Counted from the stretch's first letter, positions 22,066 to 33,233 are shown. The stretch: DNA of 64,000 nt from an uncultured Verrucomicrobiae bacterium (GCA_963815455.1 CAWFGO010000001.1:1440001-1504000), one strand, 5' to 3'. Notes: a model not told the origin generated them from the letters alone. Program-made: numbers and translations.

Positions 22066-24313
22066 AGAAACTACGGTTGCCCCTCCGAAGATTTTCGAAT
22101 CGGCCCATGAGCGCTTCGGCGATCCGAAAAATTTCATCAATCGCGAGCTGAGCTGGCTCGAATTCAATCGCCGCGTCCTGGAAGAAGCCCAGGACCCGAG
22201 CCAGCCGCTGCTGGAGCGGGTGAAATTCCTGATGATTGTCGCTTCGAATTTCGACGAATTTTTTGAGATTCGCGTCGCCGGCATCAAACAGCAGATCGAA
22301 AGCGAGACGAGCGACATTGGGCCGGACGGGTTGACCCCGACGGAGACGTTTAATCGAATCCAAAAAATCGTGCGCGAACTCGTGAGCAAGCAATACGCGC
22401 TTTGGAAGGATGAATTGGTGCCGGCGCTGTCGAAGCACGGTATTTATGTGCGTGAAATTTCTCGACTCGGCGCGAAACGGGCGGCCTGGGCCCACCGCTA
22501 TTTTCAGCAGGAAGTTCTCCCGATGCTTACCCCTCTGGCGGTGGATGCCAGCCATCCGTTTCCGCACTTGTTGAACCGGAGCCATAATTTGCTGGTGCGG
22601 GCGCGCACCCGCCGCGGTGGCGAACGTTTGCACGCGATCGTGCAGGTACCGCGAGTGGTGCCGCGGCTGATCCTGATGCCGCGGTCGGCCGGGGCGGGCG
22701 AGCCGTGGGAATACATTTATCTCGCCTCTCTTATCACAAAGCACATCGGCGAATTGTTTCCCGGGCTCATCATCGAGGACGCACACGCATTTCGTATTAC
22801 GCGTAACAGCGATCTCTACATCGACGATGAAGAGGCAGAGAACCTTCTGCGCACGATCGAGCAGGAATTGCGGCGCTCCAGCCGGGGCGATGCCGTTCGC
22901 CTGGAGGTGGAAGCCGATTGTCCGAAAGATTTTCTAGGATTGCTCCTCGAATTTTTCGATCTGTCCGAAGCGGACGCGTACAAACTCGACGGGCCGCTTT
23001 CCATGACCCATCTGGCCCCGCTGTTGGCGAACGACGCATTTGCCAAAATAAAAGATCGTCCGTTTCAGCCGGCTCGCGATCCGGCCCTGCCGCCACATGC
23101 TGATTTTTTCGAAGTGCTGCGGCGGCAGGATGTGTTGCTGCATCATCCTTATGACAGTTTCGATCAAGTGGTAGAACTGATTGAATCGGCGGCCAACGAT
23201 CCGCAGGTTCTCGCGATAAAGATCACGCTGTATCGCACCAGTGGCGATTCGCCCATTGTTGAGGCGTTGATCGATGCCGCCAATGCCGGCAAACAGGTCA
23301 CCGCCATCGTGGAGCTACGGGCGCGATTTGATGAGGCGAGCAATATTCAATGGGCCCGGCGCCTGGAGGAAGCAGGCGCCCACGTCATTTACGGCGTGGT
23401 TGGATTAAAGACGCATTGCAAGACGCTGCTGATCGTGAGACGCGATGCCGACCAGCTGCGGCGCTATGTCCATCTCGGCACCGGGAATTATCATCCGCGT
23501 ACCGCCCGCACTTATACCGACTTCAGTTTGCTCACAACCCAGCCGCAATTGACCGAAGAGGTCGCAATCGTCTTCAACACGCTTACCGGTCTGGCTGGTT
23601 ACCCGGGCCTGAAAAAACTAATGGTCGCGCCGTTCGATCTGCACAGCCGTCTGATCACGTTGATCGAGCGCGAACGGGACAACGCGCGCGCGGGCAAACG
23701 GGCCCGCATCTTCGCGAAACTCAATGCGCTGGTGGACGAGGAGATCATCGAAAGACTGTACGAAGCTTCCTGCGCGGATGTGACTGTCGATCTTGTTGTG
23801 CGCGGTATTTGTTGCCTGCGGCCGAAAATTCCGGGACTGAGCGAAAATATTCGTGTCATCAGCATTGTGGGCCGATTTCTGGAGCACAGCCGGATCTACT
23901 ATTTTGAAAACGCCGGCGACCCGCTGGTTTATCTTTCCAGCGCCGATTGGATGCCACGCAATTTCTTCCGACGCGTCGAGGTGGCGTTTCCGATCGAGAC
24001 GACGGCGTTGCGGGATCAAATGGTTAACGAGGTCCTGCCGCGATTCTTGAACGATCGGGTCAAGGCGCGCGAGCTACAGCCAGGCGGAACCTACCGGCGC
24101 TTGAAACCGGAAGGAAGCGAAGCGCGTCTCCAGGCGCAATGGCAATTCCGCGAAGTTTCCCGTGAGCGAGCAAGAAAAATGAGCGGCTCGAAGCGAAAGA
24201 AGCGCTCGGATAAATTGATCCCGATCACGGATCCAGAATCGATCGCCGCAACGGCGGATCGCGGGCCGGGATCAACGGTCCCGCCTGCACCATCGATAGC
24301 GAAGAAGCCGTGA
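22061..24313 (+). CDS. ppk1: polyphosphate kinase 1
   Basis: 'NRELSWLEFNRRVL', 'HHPYDSF', 'ELRARFDE', 'KTHCK', 'GRFLEHSR'. Confidence 0.97.
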   Translation: MTETTVAPPKIFESAHERFGDPKNFINRELSWLEFNRRVLEEAQDPSQPLLERVKFLMIVASNFDEFFEIRVAGIKQQIESETSDIGPDGLTPTETFNRIQKIVRELVSKQYALWKDELVPALSKHGIYVREISRLGAKRAAWAHRYFQQEVLPMLTPLAVDASHPFPHLLNRSHNLLVRARTRRGGERLHAIVQVPRVVPRLILMPRSAGAGEPWEYIYLASLITKHIGELFPGLIIEDAHAFRITRNSDLYIDDEEAENLLRTIEQELRRSSRGDAVRLEVEADCPKDFLGLLLEFFDLSEADAYKLDGPLSMTHLAPLLANDAFAKIKDRPFQPARDPALPPHADFFEVLRRQDVLLHHPYDSFDQVVELIESAANDPQVLAIKITLYRTSGDSPIVEALIDAANAGKQVTAIVELRARFDEASNIQWARRLEEAGAHVIYGVVGLKTHCKTLLIVRRDADQLRRYVHLGTGNYHPRTARTYTDFSLLTTQPQLTEEVAIVFNTLTGLAGYPGLKKLMVAPFDLHSRLITLIERERDNARAGKRARIFAKLNALVDEEIIERLYEASCADVTVDLVVRGICCLRPKIPGLSENIRVISIVGRFLEHSRIYYFENAGDPLVYLSSADWMPRNFFRRVEVAFPIETTALRDQMVNEVLPRFLNDRVKARELQPGGTYRRLKPEGSEARLQAQWQFREVSRERARKMSGSKRKKRSDKLIPITDPESIAATADRGPGSTVPPAPSIAKKP

Positions 24314-24999
24314 AGAAGAGAGTCCTTGTGATAGACGTCGGCGGCTCCAACGTGAAGCTGATGATCTCGCGGGCAACCAAGCGAAAATTCAAGTCCGGTC
24401 CGAAGATGACGCCGCGTGCGATGGTGGCGCAGTTGAAACCGCTGGTGCGCGACTGGAAATTCGACGTCGTTTCGATGGGATTCCCCGCGCCGGTGGGTAA
24501 CGGCCGCATCCTGGGCGAGCCGAAAAACCTTGGGCCGGGATGGACCCGATTTAATTTTGAAAAGGCGTTGGGCAAACCGCTTCGTATTGTGAACGACGCC
24601 GCCATGCAGGCACTCGGCAGTTATCGCGGCGGCCGGATGCTTTTCCTCGGTCTCGGCACCGGGCTGGGATCGACATTGATTTGGGAAACGAACGTGCTCC
24701 CGCTCGAGCTTGGCGATCTGCCCTATGGCGACCGGGAGATTATCGAAGATTATCTTGGTAAATCGGGAATGAAACAGCTCGGCGAAAAACAATGGAGGCA
24801 GGAGGTCTTGAGCGCGGTCGCGCAATTGAAGAAATCGCTCATTGCCGATTACGTTGTGCTGGGCGGCAGCGGCGCGAAAAAATTCGACGAGCTGCCTAAC
24901 GGGATGGAGCTGGGGCATAACCGGAACGCTTTTCTGGGAGGCGTTCGTTTATGGCAGGTCGAACCGCGCACAGGCAGCCGGAAGTGGAACATCATGTAA
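24310..24999 (+). CDS. ROK-family sugar kinase (polyphosphate glucokinase-like)
   Basis: 'IDVGGSNVK', 'VNDAAMQALG', 'GLGTGLGS', 'LELG'. Confidence 0.8.
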   Translation: MKKRVLVIDVGGSNVKLMISRATKRKFKSGPKMTPRAMVAQLKPLVRDWKFDVVSMGFPAPVGNGRILGEPKNLGPGWTRFNFEKALGKPLRIVNDAAMQALGSYRGGRMLFLGLGTGLGSTLIWETNVLPLELGDLPYGDREIIEDYLGKSGMKQLGEKQWRQEVLSAVAQLKKSLIADYVVLGGSGAKKFDELPNGMELGHNRNAFLGGVRLWQVEPRTGSRKWNIM

Positions 25000-25001
25000 A
25001 T

Positions 25002-25463
25002 ATGCAAATCTACTTTCTTCGACACGGCGAAGCCGACTGGCCGGATTGGAAAAAATCCGATGACGAACGTCCGCTAACGAAATACGGAAAGCGGGAAATG
25101 CGCGAAGTGGCGAAATTTCTCGGGCGCTTGAAGGTGCGGCCCGGCCTGCTCGTCACGAGCCCGTTGCCGCGCGCCGCCCAAACCGCCGAAATCGCGGCCG
25201 ATTATCTGACCACAAAACTGCGGCGGGACGAGTTGCTCGCGCCGGGATTTGGAATGAAAGAGCTGAGCACCGTGCTGAAGCGGCATCGCGCGAAAGTATT
25301 GATGTTAGTCGGGCACGAGCCGGATTTCACCAATGTCATTGCTGGATTGACCGGGGCCAGGCTAAAACTTTCCAAAGGAGGGGTCGCCCTGCTCGATGTC
25401 GATCCTGAATCGGAAGAGGGAAGACTACTCTGGTTGTTTCCGCCGAAGCTGGCCAAGAGTTAA
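25002..25463 (+). CDS. sixA: phosphohistidine phosphatase
   Basis: 'FLRHGEA', 'RPLT', 'SPLPRAAQTA', 'VGHEP'. Confidence 0.88.
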   Translation: MQIYFLRHGEADWPDWKKSDDERPLTKYGKREMREVAKFLGRLKVRPGLLVTSPLPRAAQTAEIAADYLTTKLRRDELLAPGFGMKELSTVLKRHRAKVLMLVGHEPDFTNVIAGLTGARLKLSKGGVALLDVDPESEEGRLLWLFPPKLAKS

Positions 25464-25541
25464 TCATTCTGAGCGCGGCGAAGAACCTCGCGCACGACCC
25501 CGGATGTTGCTTGTGAGATCCCTCGCTGCGCTCGGGATGAC
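25463..25541. repeat. GTCAT/ATGAC palindromic repeat, copy b
   Basis: ATCATTCTGAGCGCGGCGAAGAACCTC..GAGATCCCTCGCTGCGCTCGGGATGAC. Confidence 0.8.
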
Positions 25542-25658
25542 ATGCTTCGCTTGCATTTATGAGATAACTATCGCTTCTAATAAACATTACCTCCAACACT
25601 TCCACACAATCATTCCGAACACGGCCTGATGGGTTTTGGGACCAACTCGATTACTAAA

Positions 25659-27461
25659 ATGCCCTACCAACCAATCGAAAACTACGGCGTCATCGGGGAC
25701 CTTCACACGGTTGCGCTGGTTGGAATGAACGGCTCGATCGATTTCATGTGTTTCCCCAATTTCGATTCGCCCTCGATTTTTGGCGCGTTGCTCGACGATC
25801 GAAAGGGCGGCCGGTTTCAACTCACGCCCATTCTCACCGGAGAACGGCGCAAGCAGATTTATCTGCCCGACACAAACATTCTGTTCACGCGATTTCTCGC
25901 CGCCAATGGAGTGGCAGAGGTGTCCGATTTCATGCCGATCAAGGCGGTAGGTCACGCCCATCACCTGGTCCGGCGGGCCAAGGCAGTGCGTGGCGAGCTG
26001 AACTTCCGCATGATCTGCGCCCCGGCCTTCGATTACGGACGTGCCGGTCACCGGGTCGAAGTCCAATCGGACGGAATCCTTTTCACCAGCGAGGCGCCGG
26101 ATCGCCTGACGCTGCGATTGCGTACGAAGATTCCTGTAAAAATCGAAAATGGCGCCGCGATCGCTGAGTTCAAACTGTCGGCAGGCGAAACTGCAGCCTT
26201 TATCCTGGAGGACGCCGGGCAAAGCCACGGAGCGGCCGCAGATCCCGATTACGTCTCGGCGGTCTTTAAGGAGACAATGAACTTCTGGCGGCAATGGATC
26301 CACAAATCGTCTTACAAGGGACGCTGGCGTGAGATCGTTAACCGCTCGGCGCTTACGCTCAAGCTTCTGACGTTCGCGCCCACTGGCGCCATGGTTGCCG
26401 CTCCCACCTTCAGTCTGCCGGAGGAGCTGGGCGGGGAGCGCAACTGGGATTACCGGTTTACCTGGATTCGGGACGCTTCGTTCACGCTCTACGGTTTGAT
26501 GCGGCTCGGTTACACCGGCGAAGCAGCGGCCTTCATGCGCTGGATCGAGGATCGCTGTCACGACGCAAGCTCGGATGGCTCTTTGCAAATCATGTACGGG
26601 CTGGACGGGCGCCGCGATCTTGTCGAAGAAACGCTGTCGCACTGGGAAGGCTACGCGGGCTCGTCGCCGGTGCGGATCGGCAATGGCGCGGCCGGGCAGT
26701 TGCAGCTCGATATCTACGGTGAGCTGATGGATTCGGTTTACATTTACAACAAGTTTGGCCAGCCGATCTCATACGATTTCTGGCAAAGTCTCGTCCGGCT
26801 AACAGATTGGCTCTGCAAAAATTGGCAGCAACCCGACGAAGGCATCTGGGAGGTGCGGGGCGGGCGCCACGAATTTCTTTACTCCCGCTTGATGGCCTGG
26901 GTGGCGGTAGATCGCGCAATCCGGCTGGCGATGAAGCGATCGTTCCCCGCGCCGCTCGATCGCTGGCATCGGGTGCGTGACGAGATTTACACGGATATCT
27001 ACACTAACTTTTGGAACAACGACCTTCAGTCCTTCGTGCAATACAAAGGAGCGCGGACTGTCGATGCCTCCACTTTGCTGATGCCGCTCGTGAAATTCAG
27101 TGGCCCAACCGATCCGCGCTGGCTCTCGACCTTGCGCGCAATCGAAAACTCGCTGGTCGAAGATTCGCTGGTTCACCGATACAACATCGCCGATGCGGCT
27201 CCCGATGGCCTCTCCGGCAAGGAAGGCACTTTCAACATGTGTTCGTTCTGGTTTGTGGAATGCCTTTCCCGAGCAGGCGATCTGGAGAAAGCGCGCTTCT
27301 TTTTTGAAAAAGCAACCGGTTATGCGAATCACCTCGGCCTTTATTCGGAGGAACTCGGCCCGTGCGGTGAACACCTCGGCAATTTCCCACAGGCGTTCAC
27401 CCATTTGGCCCTGATCAGCACAGCTTATAATCTCGATCGGACGCTCTCCGGTCTAAGATAG
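25659..27461 (+). CDS. glycoside hydrolase family 15 (glucoamylase/trehalase-like)
   Basis: 'IENYGVIGD', 'RNWDYRFTWIRD', 'QLDIYGE', 'GIWEVR', 'GNFPQAFTH'. Confidence 0.92.
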   Translation: MPYQPIENYGVIGDLHTVALVGMNGSIDFMCFPNFDSPSIFGALLDDRKGGRFQLTPILTGERRKQIYLPDTNILFTRFLAANGVAEVSDFMPIKAVGHAHHLVRRAKAVRGELNFRMICAPAFDYGRAGHRVEVQSDGILFTSEAPDRLTLRLRTKIPVKIENGAAIAEFKLSAGETAAFILEDAGQSHGAAADPDYVSAVFKETMNFWRQWIHKSSYKGRWREIVNRSALTLKLLTFAPTGAMVAAPTFSLPEELGGERNWDYRFTWIRDASFTLYGLMRLGYTGEAAAFMRWIEDRCHDASSDGSLQIMYGLDGRRDLVEETLSHWEGYAGSSPVRIGNGAAGQLQLDIYGELMDSVYIYNKFGQPISYDFWQSLVRLTDWLCKNWQQPDEGIWEVRGGRHEFLYSRLMAWVAVDRAIRLAMKRSFPAPLDRWHRVRDEIYTDIYTNFWNNDLQSFVQYKGARTVDASTLLMPLVKFSGPTDPRWLSTLRAIENSLVEDSLVHRYNIADAAPDGLSGKEGTFNMCSFWFVECLSRAGDLEKARFFFEKATGYANHLGLYSEELGPCGEHLGNFPQAFTHLALISTAYNLDRTLSGLR

Positions 27462-27479
27462 CCGAAATCGCAGGCAGAT

Positions 27480-28406
27480 TTATGTAACGAGCTTCTCGGC
27501 CAGGGAAGGTGAGTTTGCCTTTTCCCAATCTTCCAGCCAGCCGGCGATGCGCTCGCCGAAATCGCGGGGGCGCTCGGCCCAAAACCGTTCGGACAGATCA
27601 GCGGCGCCCCGTTGCAAATCGCCCTGGCTCACCTCAATCACGGCCAGCAATTTGCGGCCTTCGCGTTCCCAATCCGATTTCCCGTGCTCGCTGCGAAGAC
27701 GGTCGCTCAGAAAACTCAAGTCGTGGGCGCGGCCCAGCAAATCACCCACCGAACGCAAGTCGTCGCTCAAGGTTTTCAGCACCACCGGGTTGGCCGGCCG
27801 CAGGATGCGCAATTGATGCCAGAGCGTCTTGGCCTTGGTCCGGAACGCGTGAAAGTTTTCCGTGCTCGGACTCGCCTTGGCTTTGGCGAGCGCCTTGCGA
27901 GCGTCCTTGTAGCTCGATTGCACGGCGCAACGCAGTTGTTTGCAGGTGAACTGGTCGAGCGACCAGCGATCTGCATCCGCCAAGGCCTGGTCCAGCATCG
28001 GGACGGCTTGCGTTTGCCACTCGGCAAACGCGGCCATGAAATTTTCGAGTTCCAATATCAACATCGATTCCAGTTTTTTGTAGGCATGGCGGCCCTTGCG
28101 TTGATTGATTCCTTGAAGCTGCCGCACGGTTTGCAACCGCACCTCGGCATCGCGGATGTCTGAAGTCATTCGCCCGACGTTGCGGAGGCAATGATCTGTC
28201 TTGCGGAACAGGCCGCGCCCGATTTCCTTGCGCACCAACCGTAGCGCGGCCCGGGCCTTCTTGAGATGTTTACGAGTTTCATGAACCGGCGTGTCGCGTG
28301 TCTCCATCTCACCCTTGGCAATGGCCATGGCGCCGGCAATTTGTTTCCGGCAAATCCGGCGGAGATTTTCGCCGAGCGATTCGCTGTGTCGTAACTGATA
28401 ACTCAT
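27480..28406 (-). CDS. CHAD domain protein
   Basis: 'VHETRKHLKKARA', 'RDAEV', 'HAFRTKAK', 'LGRAHDL'. Confidence 0.88.
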   Translation of the reverse strand: MSYQLRHSESLGENLRRICRKQIAGAMAIAKGEMETRDTPVHETRKHLKKARAALRLVRKEIGRGLFRKTDHCLRNVGRMTSDIRDAEVRLQTVRQLQGINQRKGRHAYKKLESMLILELENFMAAFAEWQTQAVPMLDQALADADRWSLDQFTCKQLRCAVQSSYKDARKALAKAKASPSTENFHAFRTKAKTLWHQLRILRPANPVVLKTLSDDLRSVGDLLGRAHDLSFLSDRLRSEHGKSDWEREGRKLLAVIEVSQGDLQRGAADLSERFWAERPRDFGERIAGWLEDWEKANSPSLAEKLVT

Positions 28407-28414
28407 TGTCGATC

Positions 28415-28891
28415 CTATTCGCGCGCCAATCGCACGTTGCTGTAACGTTTTTCACCGGTGATCTCACGCCCAAACCAGCGCGGCGGCTTAAACTTGCGGC
28501 AGCTCGTATGGTTCGGAAATTCCACCTCCACTACCATCAAACCATGGTTGCGCCCGTGATAAATATCGACCTCAATCTTGAGATTTTTCCACGGCATTTC
28601 GTAGCGCGTTTTGCGCAATCGGCGGCCCCTGGTCGCGGGCCAGAGCGTGGCAAACTGCTTCGCGCTTAGCCTGATCTCCCGCTCTTCCCTGGCTGTCCCT
28701 CGGCCGACCTTAAAAGTGAGTGAAGGCACCTTGCTCTTTTTTCGCAGGCGCACATGACGCCCGCCGGGTTCGTTGGCCAGGTAGCCCTGGGCCAGCTGGA
28801 AATGTCGCGACCGAAGGATCGCCGCGGGCAACAGTTTGATCAGGAATTTGCGCTCGATCTCGCGCGACGAGACATGATGCGGCCGGCCCAT
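28415..28891 (-). CDS. CYTH domain protein
   Basis: 'EIERKFL', 'QGYL', 'VRLR', 'KTRY', 'EVEF'. Confidence 0.92.
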   Translation of the reverse strand: MGRPHHVSSREIERKFLIKLLPAAILRSRHFQLAQGYLANEPGGRHVRLRKKSKVPSLTFKVGRGTAREEREIRLSAKQFATLWPATRGRRLRKTRYEMPWKNLKIEVDIYHGRNHGLMVVEVEFPNHTSCRKFKPPRWFGREITGEKRYSNVRLARE

Positions 28892-28976
28892 CCCATTTAC
28901 TCAATCGTTTTCCGCGCGTACAGCCAAGAATTATCCGTGGGAAAATTTGGCCGCAATGGCGATCTTTCGAACGCCT

Positions 28977-29115
28977 GTCATCCTGAGCGCAGCGAAGGAT
29001 CTCGCGAACGCAGGCGCGCTTGCATGCTTCGATCCTTGTTGCTGCTGGCCAAATGCCGTGAACGCTTGCGCGATAATGGACCCACTGCGGGGTCCCTCGC
29101 TTTGCTCGGGACGAC
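28977..29115. repeat. GTCAT/ATGAC palindromic repeat, copy c
   Basis: GTCATCCTGAGCGCAGCGAAGGATCTCGC..GCGGGGTCCCTCGCTTTGCTCGGGACGAC. Confidence 0.8.
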
Positions 29116-29172
29116 ACGAATGTGAGTTCGAGCGTGAAGTTCGGCTGATTTGCTTTATCATCCCGCGCGCAG

Positions 29173-32100
29173 ATGCCGCGGAACGATCACATCAAGAAAA
29201 TCCTGCTTATCGGCTCCGGTCCAATCGTGATTGGGCAGGGCTGCGAGTTCGATTATTCCGGTGTCCAGGCCTGCAAGGCGCTGCGGGAGGAGGGGTACCT
29301 GGTCGTGTTGGTCAACTCCAACCCGGCCACGATCATGACCGATCCGGAGTTTGCCGATCGGTACTTATATAGAGCCAATCACGGCCGAGGTCATCGAAGC
29401 GATCATCGAGCGCGAAAAGCCGGATGCGCTTCTGCCGACCATGGGCGGACAAACCGCGCTCAATGCGGCCATGGAGTTGAATCGCAGCGGCGCGCTCGCC
29501 CGGCACGGGGTGAAATTGATCGGCGCCAATGCCCAGGCCATCGCCAAGGGCGAGGATCGACAACTGTTCAAGGAAGCGATGTTGCGAATCGGCCTCGACG
29601 TGCCGCGGTCCGGGATTGCGCGGTCGATTGTCGATGCTAATCGCGTGGCCGATGAAATCGGAAAGTTCCCGCTTATTATTCGCCCGGCATTTACCCTGGG
29701 CGGGAGCGGCGGCGGCATTGCCTACAATCGCGACGAGCTCCAGGAAATCGCCGATCGCGGCCTGTCGCTTTCCCCGGTTACCGAAGTTCTCATCGAAGAA
29801 TCACTCGTGGGCTGGAAAGAGTTCGAGATGGAAGTGATGCGCGACCGGATGGACAACTGCGTAGTCGTCTGTTCCATCGAAAATTTCGACCCGATGGGCG
29901 TGCATACCGGCGATTCGATTACGGTCGCGCCCGTACAAACACTCACCGACAAGGAATACCAAATGATGCGCGACGCGGCCTTCGCCGTGATCCGCGAGAT
30001 CGGGGTCGAGACCGGTGGCTCGAATATTCAATTCGCCGTGCATCCGGACACCGGCCGGATGGTCGTGATCGAAATGAACCCACGCGTCTCGCGTTCGAGC
30101 GCGCTGGCTTCGAAAGCCACCGGATTCCCAATCGCCAAAATCGCCGCGAAGCTCGCGGTTGGCTACACGCTGGACGAAATCAAGAACGACATTACCCGCG
30201 AAACGCCAGCCTGTTTCGAGCCGACCATCGATTACTGCGTGGTCAAGGTTCCGCGGTTCACCTTCGAAAAATTTCCGCAAGCGGACCCGACCCTGACGAC
30301 GCAGATGAAAAGCGTCGGTGAAGCGATGGCGATTGGCCGAACATTCAAGGAAGCGCTGCAGAAAGCGTTGCGCAGCCTCGAGATCAAACGGTTTGGGCTC
30401 TGCGACGACGGCGCCGACAAACATGTCGATCCCGAAACATTGCGCCTGAAACTTTCGGTTCCGAATGCCGAGCGCATCTTCTATATGGCCCAGGCATTCC
30501 AGGACGGCATGTCGATCGATGAAGTCTTCGACCTGACGAAGATCGACCGGTGGTTTCTTCGAAACGTGGCGGAGATTGTCAAGGAAGCGCGCTCTCTCCT
30601 TCGTAGCACAGGCATCTTGCCTGTGGGGCCGGCGGGCGTCTCGCCTGCCGAACTGGAAGCCCCCATAGGCGTTTCCGCCCCTCAATTCCATGCGGTGGAT
30701 CCGCGCGACGCGGTCGTCAGGCCCCGCCGAAACTTGCCGCATTGGGAGCAAGCGGGCGCCACGTATTTCGTAACCTTTCGTTTGGCCGACGCCGTCCCAC
30801 AGGAAGTTCTTCGCCAATGGAAGGAGGAATTGCAGACGTGGATGAAATTTCATCCTGAGCCCTGGGATGCTGCAACCAAATACGAATATCAAAAGCGATT
30901 TCGGGACGATCGGGAGCAATGGCTCGATCAGGGCCGCGGTGAATGCCTGCTCAAGAAGAGTGACATTTCGGGCATTGTGATTGATTCACTGGGACATTTC
31001 GATGGTCAGCGTTATTTGCTGGACGCGTTCGTGGTGATGCCGAATCACGTGCATGTCCTCGTCCAGCCGGTGGCGGGTCAGTCCCTTTCCGATATCCTGC
31101 ATTCTTGGAAATCGTTTTCAGCCAAGGCGATTAATCGCCTCCTCGAAAGGACGGGGCCGGTTTGGCAGGAGGAGAGCCATGACCGAATCGTGCGCGATTT
31201 AGAGCATTTGATCCGCTGTCGCGATTACATCACGCGCAATCCGGAGATGGCGCGGCTGCGAGAAGGCGAATTCGTGTTGTATGCGACCGGAAGACTGGAG
31301 ACGAGTTTAGACTCGACAGGCGGGTCGCCTGCCGGCCCCACAGGCAAGATGCCTGTGCTACAACCGCTCCTCCGCGCAAAAAAGCTGGGCTTTTCGGATC
31401 GGCAACTGGCGGTAGCAGCGAACCGGACCGAACACGAAATCCGCGCCGGCCGGAAATCGGCGGGCATTCTCCCAACCTATCGGCTCGTCGATACCTGCGC
31501 GGCGGAGTTTGAGGCTTACACACCTTACTATTACTCGACCTACGGCGACGAGAACGAGCGGCGCGAGAGCGGCAAACGCAAGGTCATGATTCTCGGCGGC
31601 GGACCGAATCGGATCGGCCAGGGAATCGAGTTCGATTACTGCTGCGTCCACGCAGCATTCGCCCTGCGCGAACTCGGATTCGAAACGATCATGGTTAACT
31701 CGAATCCGGAAACGGTTTCGACCGATTACGACACGAGCGACAAGCTTTATTTCGAACCGCTCACGCTCGAAGACGTGCTCAACATTTACGATCAGGAAAA
31801 GCCGGAAGGCGTGGTCGTGCAGTTCGGCGGACAAACGCCGCTCAATCTCGCCAACGGTTTGAAAGAAGCAGGCGTGCCGATCCTGGGAACGCAGCCGGAG
31901 AGCATCGAGACCGCGGAAGATCGACAATTGTTCGCCGCCATGCTCGACAAACTCGGGCTGCGGCAAACGCCGAGCGGCTCGGCGGTCAGCGCCGATGAAG
32001 CTGTGGCTATCGCAAGCAGGATCGGCTATCCGGTGCTGGTTAGGCCCTCGTTCGTTCTCGGCGGCCGGGCCATGGAGCTGGTTTACGCCGAAGAAGATCT

Positions 32101-33121
32101 CCGTCGCTACATGGCGAACGCGATTGAAGCCAGCCCGGAGCGGCCGGTGCTGGTCGATCGGTTCCTGGAAGACGCCTTCGAGGTCGATGTCGATTGTATT
32201 TCCGATGGCGAAACGACCGTGATTGGCGCGATCATGGAGCACATCGAGCAGGCCGGGATTCATAGCGGCGACAGCGCCTGCGTGATCCCGACCTTTTCTC
32301 TGGCCAAGAAAGTGATCGACGAGATTTCATCGGCGACCAAGGCAATGGCGCGCGAACTAAAAGTGCGTGGACTGATGAACGTGCAGTTCGCGGTGAAAGG
32401 TGAGGATGTCTACGTGTTGGAAGTAAATCCCCGCGCGTCGCGCACAGTGCCGTTCGTGAGCAAGGCGATCGGCGTTCCGCTGGCCAAGCTCGCCGCCAAG
32501 GTGATGGTCGGGAAATCTTTGCGCGAGCTCGGGTTTACCGCGGAAATTGTTCCCAAACATTTTTCGGTAAAAGAAGCCGTTTTCCCCTTTCTGCGCTATC
32601 AAGGCATCGATATCTCACTCGGGCCGGAAATGAAATCGACCGGGGAAGTAATGGGGATCGATGTCGATCTTGGCCTGGCCTATGCCAAATCTCAGATGGC
32701 CGCGCCGCCGCGCTTGCCCAAAGGCGGCAGTGTCTTCGTCAGCGTCAAGGATAGCGACAAGGAAGTGGTTATTCCGGTGGTGCGCGAATTTGTCGATCTC
32801 GGCTTTGGCATCATCGCCACCAGCGGTACCGCCGCTGCGCTGGCCAAGGCGAAAATCCCGGTCCAAAACGTTTTCAAGGTTCGCGAAGGCCGGCCAAACG
32901 TTCTTGATCGGGTCAAGAACGGCGACATCACGTTCATCCTCAATACGCCGAGCGGAAAAATTCCCCGCGAAGACGAAGTCCGGATTCGTAACGCCGCCCT
33001 GGCCCAAAAAATTCCGATCATGACGACCGTTCGCGCCGCCCAGGCCAGCGCCAACGGCATTCGCTCGCTGCAAAAGAGCAAGGTCGGCGTACGAAGCCTG
33101 CAGGAATACCATGGCAAATGA
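29173..33121 (+). CDS. carB: carbamoyl-phosphate synthase large subunit with a 253-codon in-frame insertion (apparent frameshift ~29365)
   Basis: '[17 protein letters not shown]', '[19 protein letters not shown]', '[15 protein letters not shown]', 'EVNPRASRT', C-terminal MGS domain. Confidence 0.97.
30603..31361 (+). mobile_element. REP-flanked RAYT (IS200/Y1 HUH transposase) unit in frame within carB
   Basis: 49-bp inverted termini starting GTAG (30603-30651 / 31313-31361, 45/49 identical); encodes '[47 protein letters not shown]'. Confidence 0.92.
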
Positions 33122-33179
33122 CGAAATCCGAAATCCGAATAACGAATGTCGAAATAGCCCAAATCCTTTAGGCCGCTCT

Positions 33180-33210
33180 ACGGGATGTCTCGACTTCGCT
33201 CGACATGACA
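33180..33210. repeat. single arm of the GTCAT/ATGAC repeat, copy d
   Basis: ACGGGATGTCTCGACTTCGCTCGACATGACA; 30/31 reverse complement of 33849-33879. Confidence 0.8.
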
Positions 33211-33233
33211 GCGCGTTCATGCCACTTGTCAGA

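Noticed and set aside
30603..31361. carB insert as an intein
   Set aside because: No C-terminal His-Asn followed by Cys/Ser/Thr and no LAGLIDADG; motifs are HUH/Y1 with REP termini
33111..33233. N-terminal extensions on the PPIase, ppk1, C-N hydrolase and beta-lactamase ORFs
   Set aside because: They are translations of intergenic repeats (including CGAATGACGAA-like heptamers also at ~63540), not conserved protein
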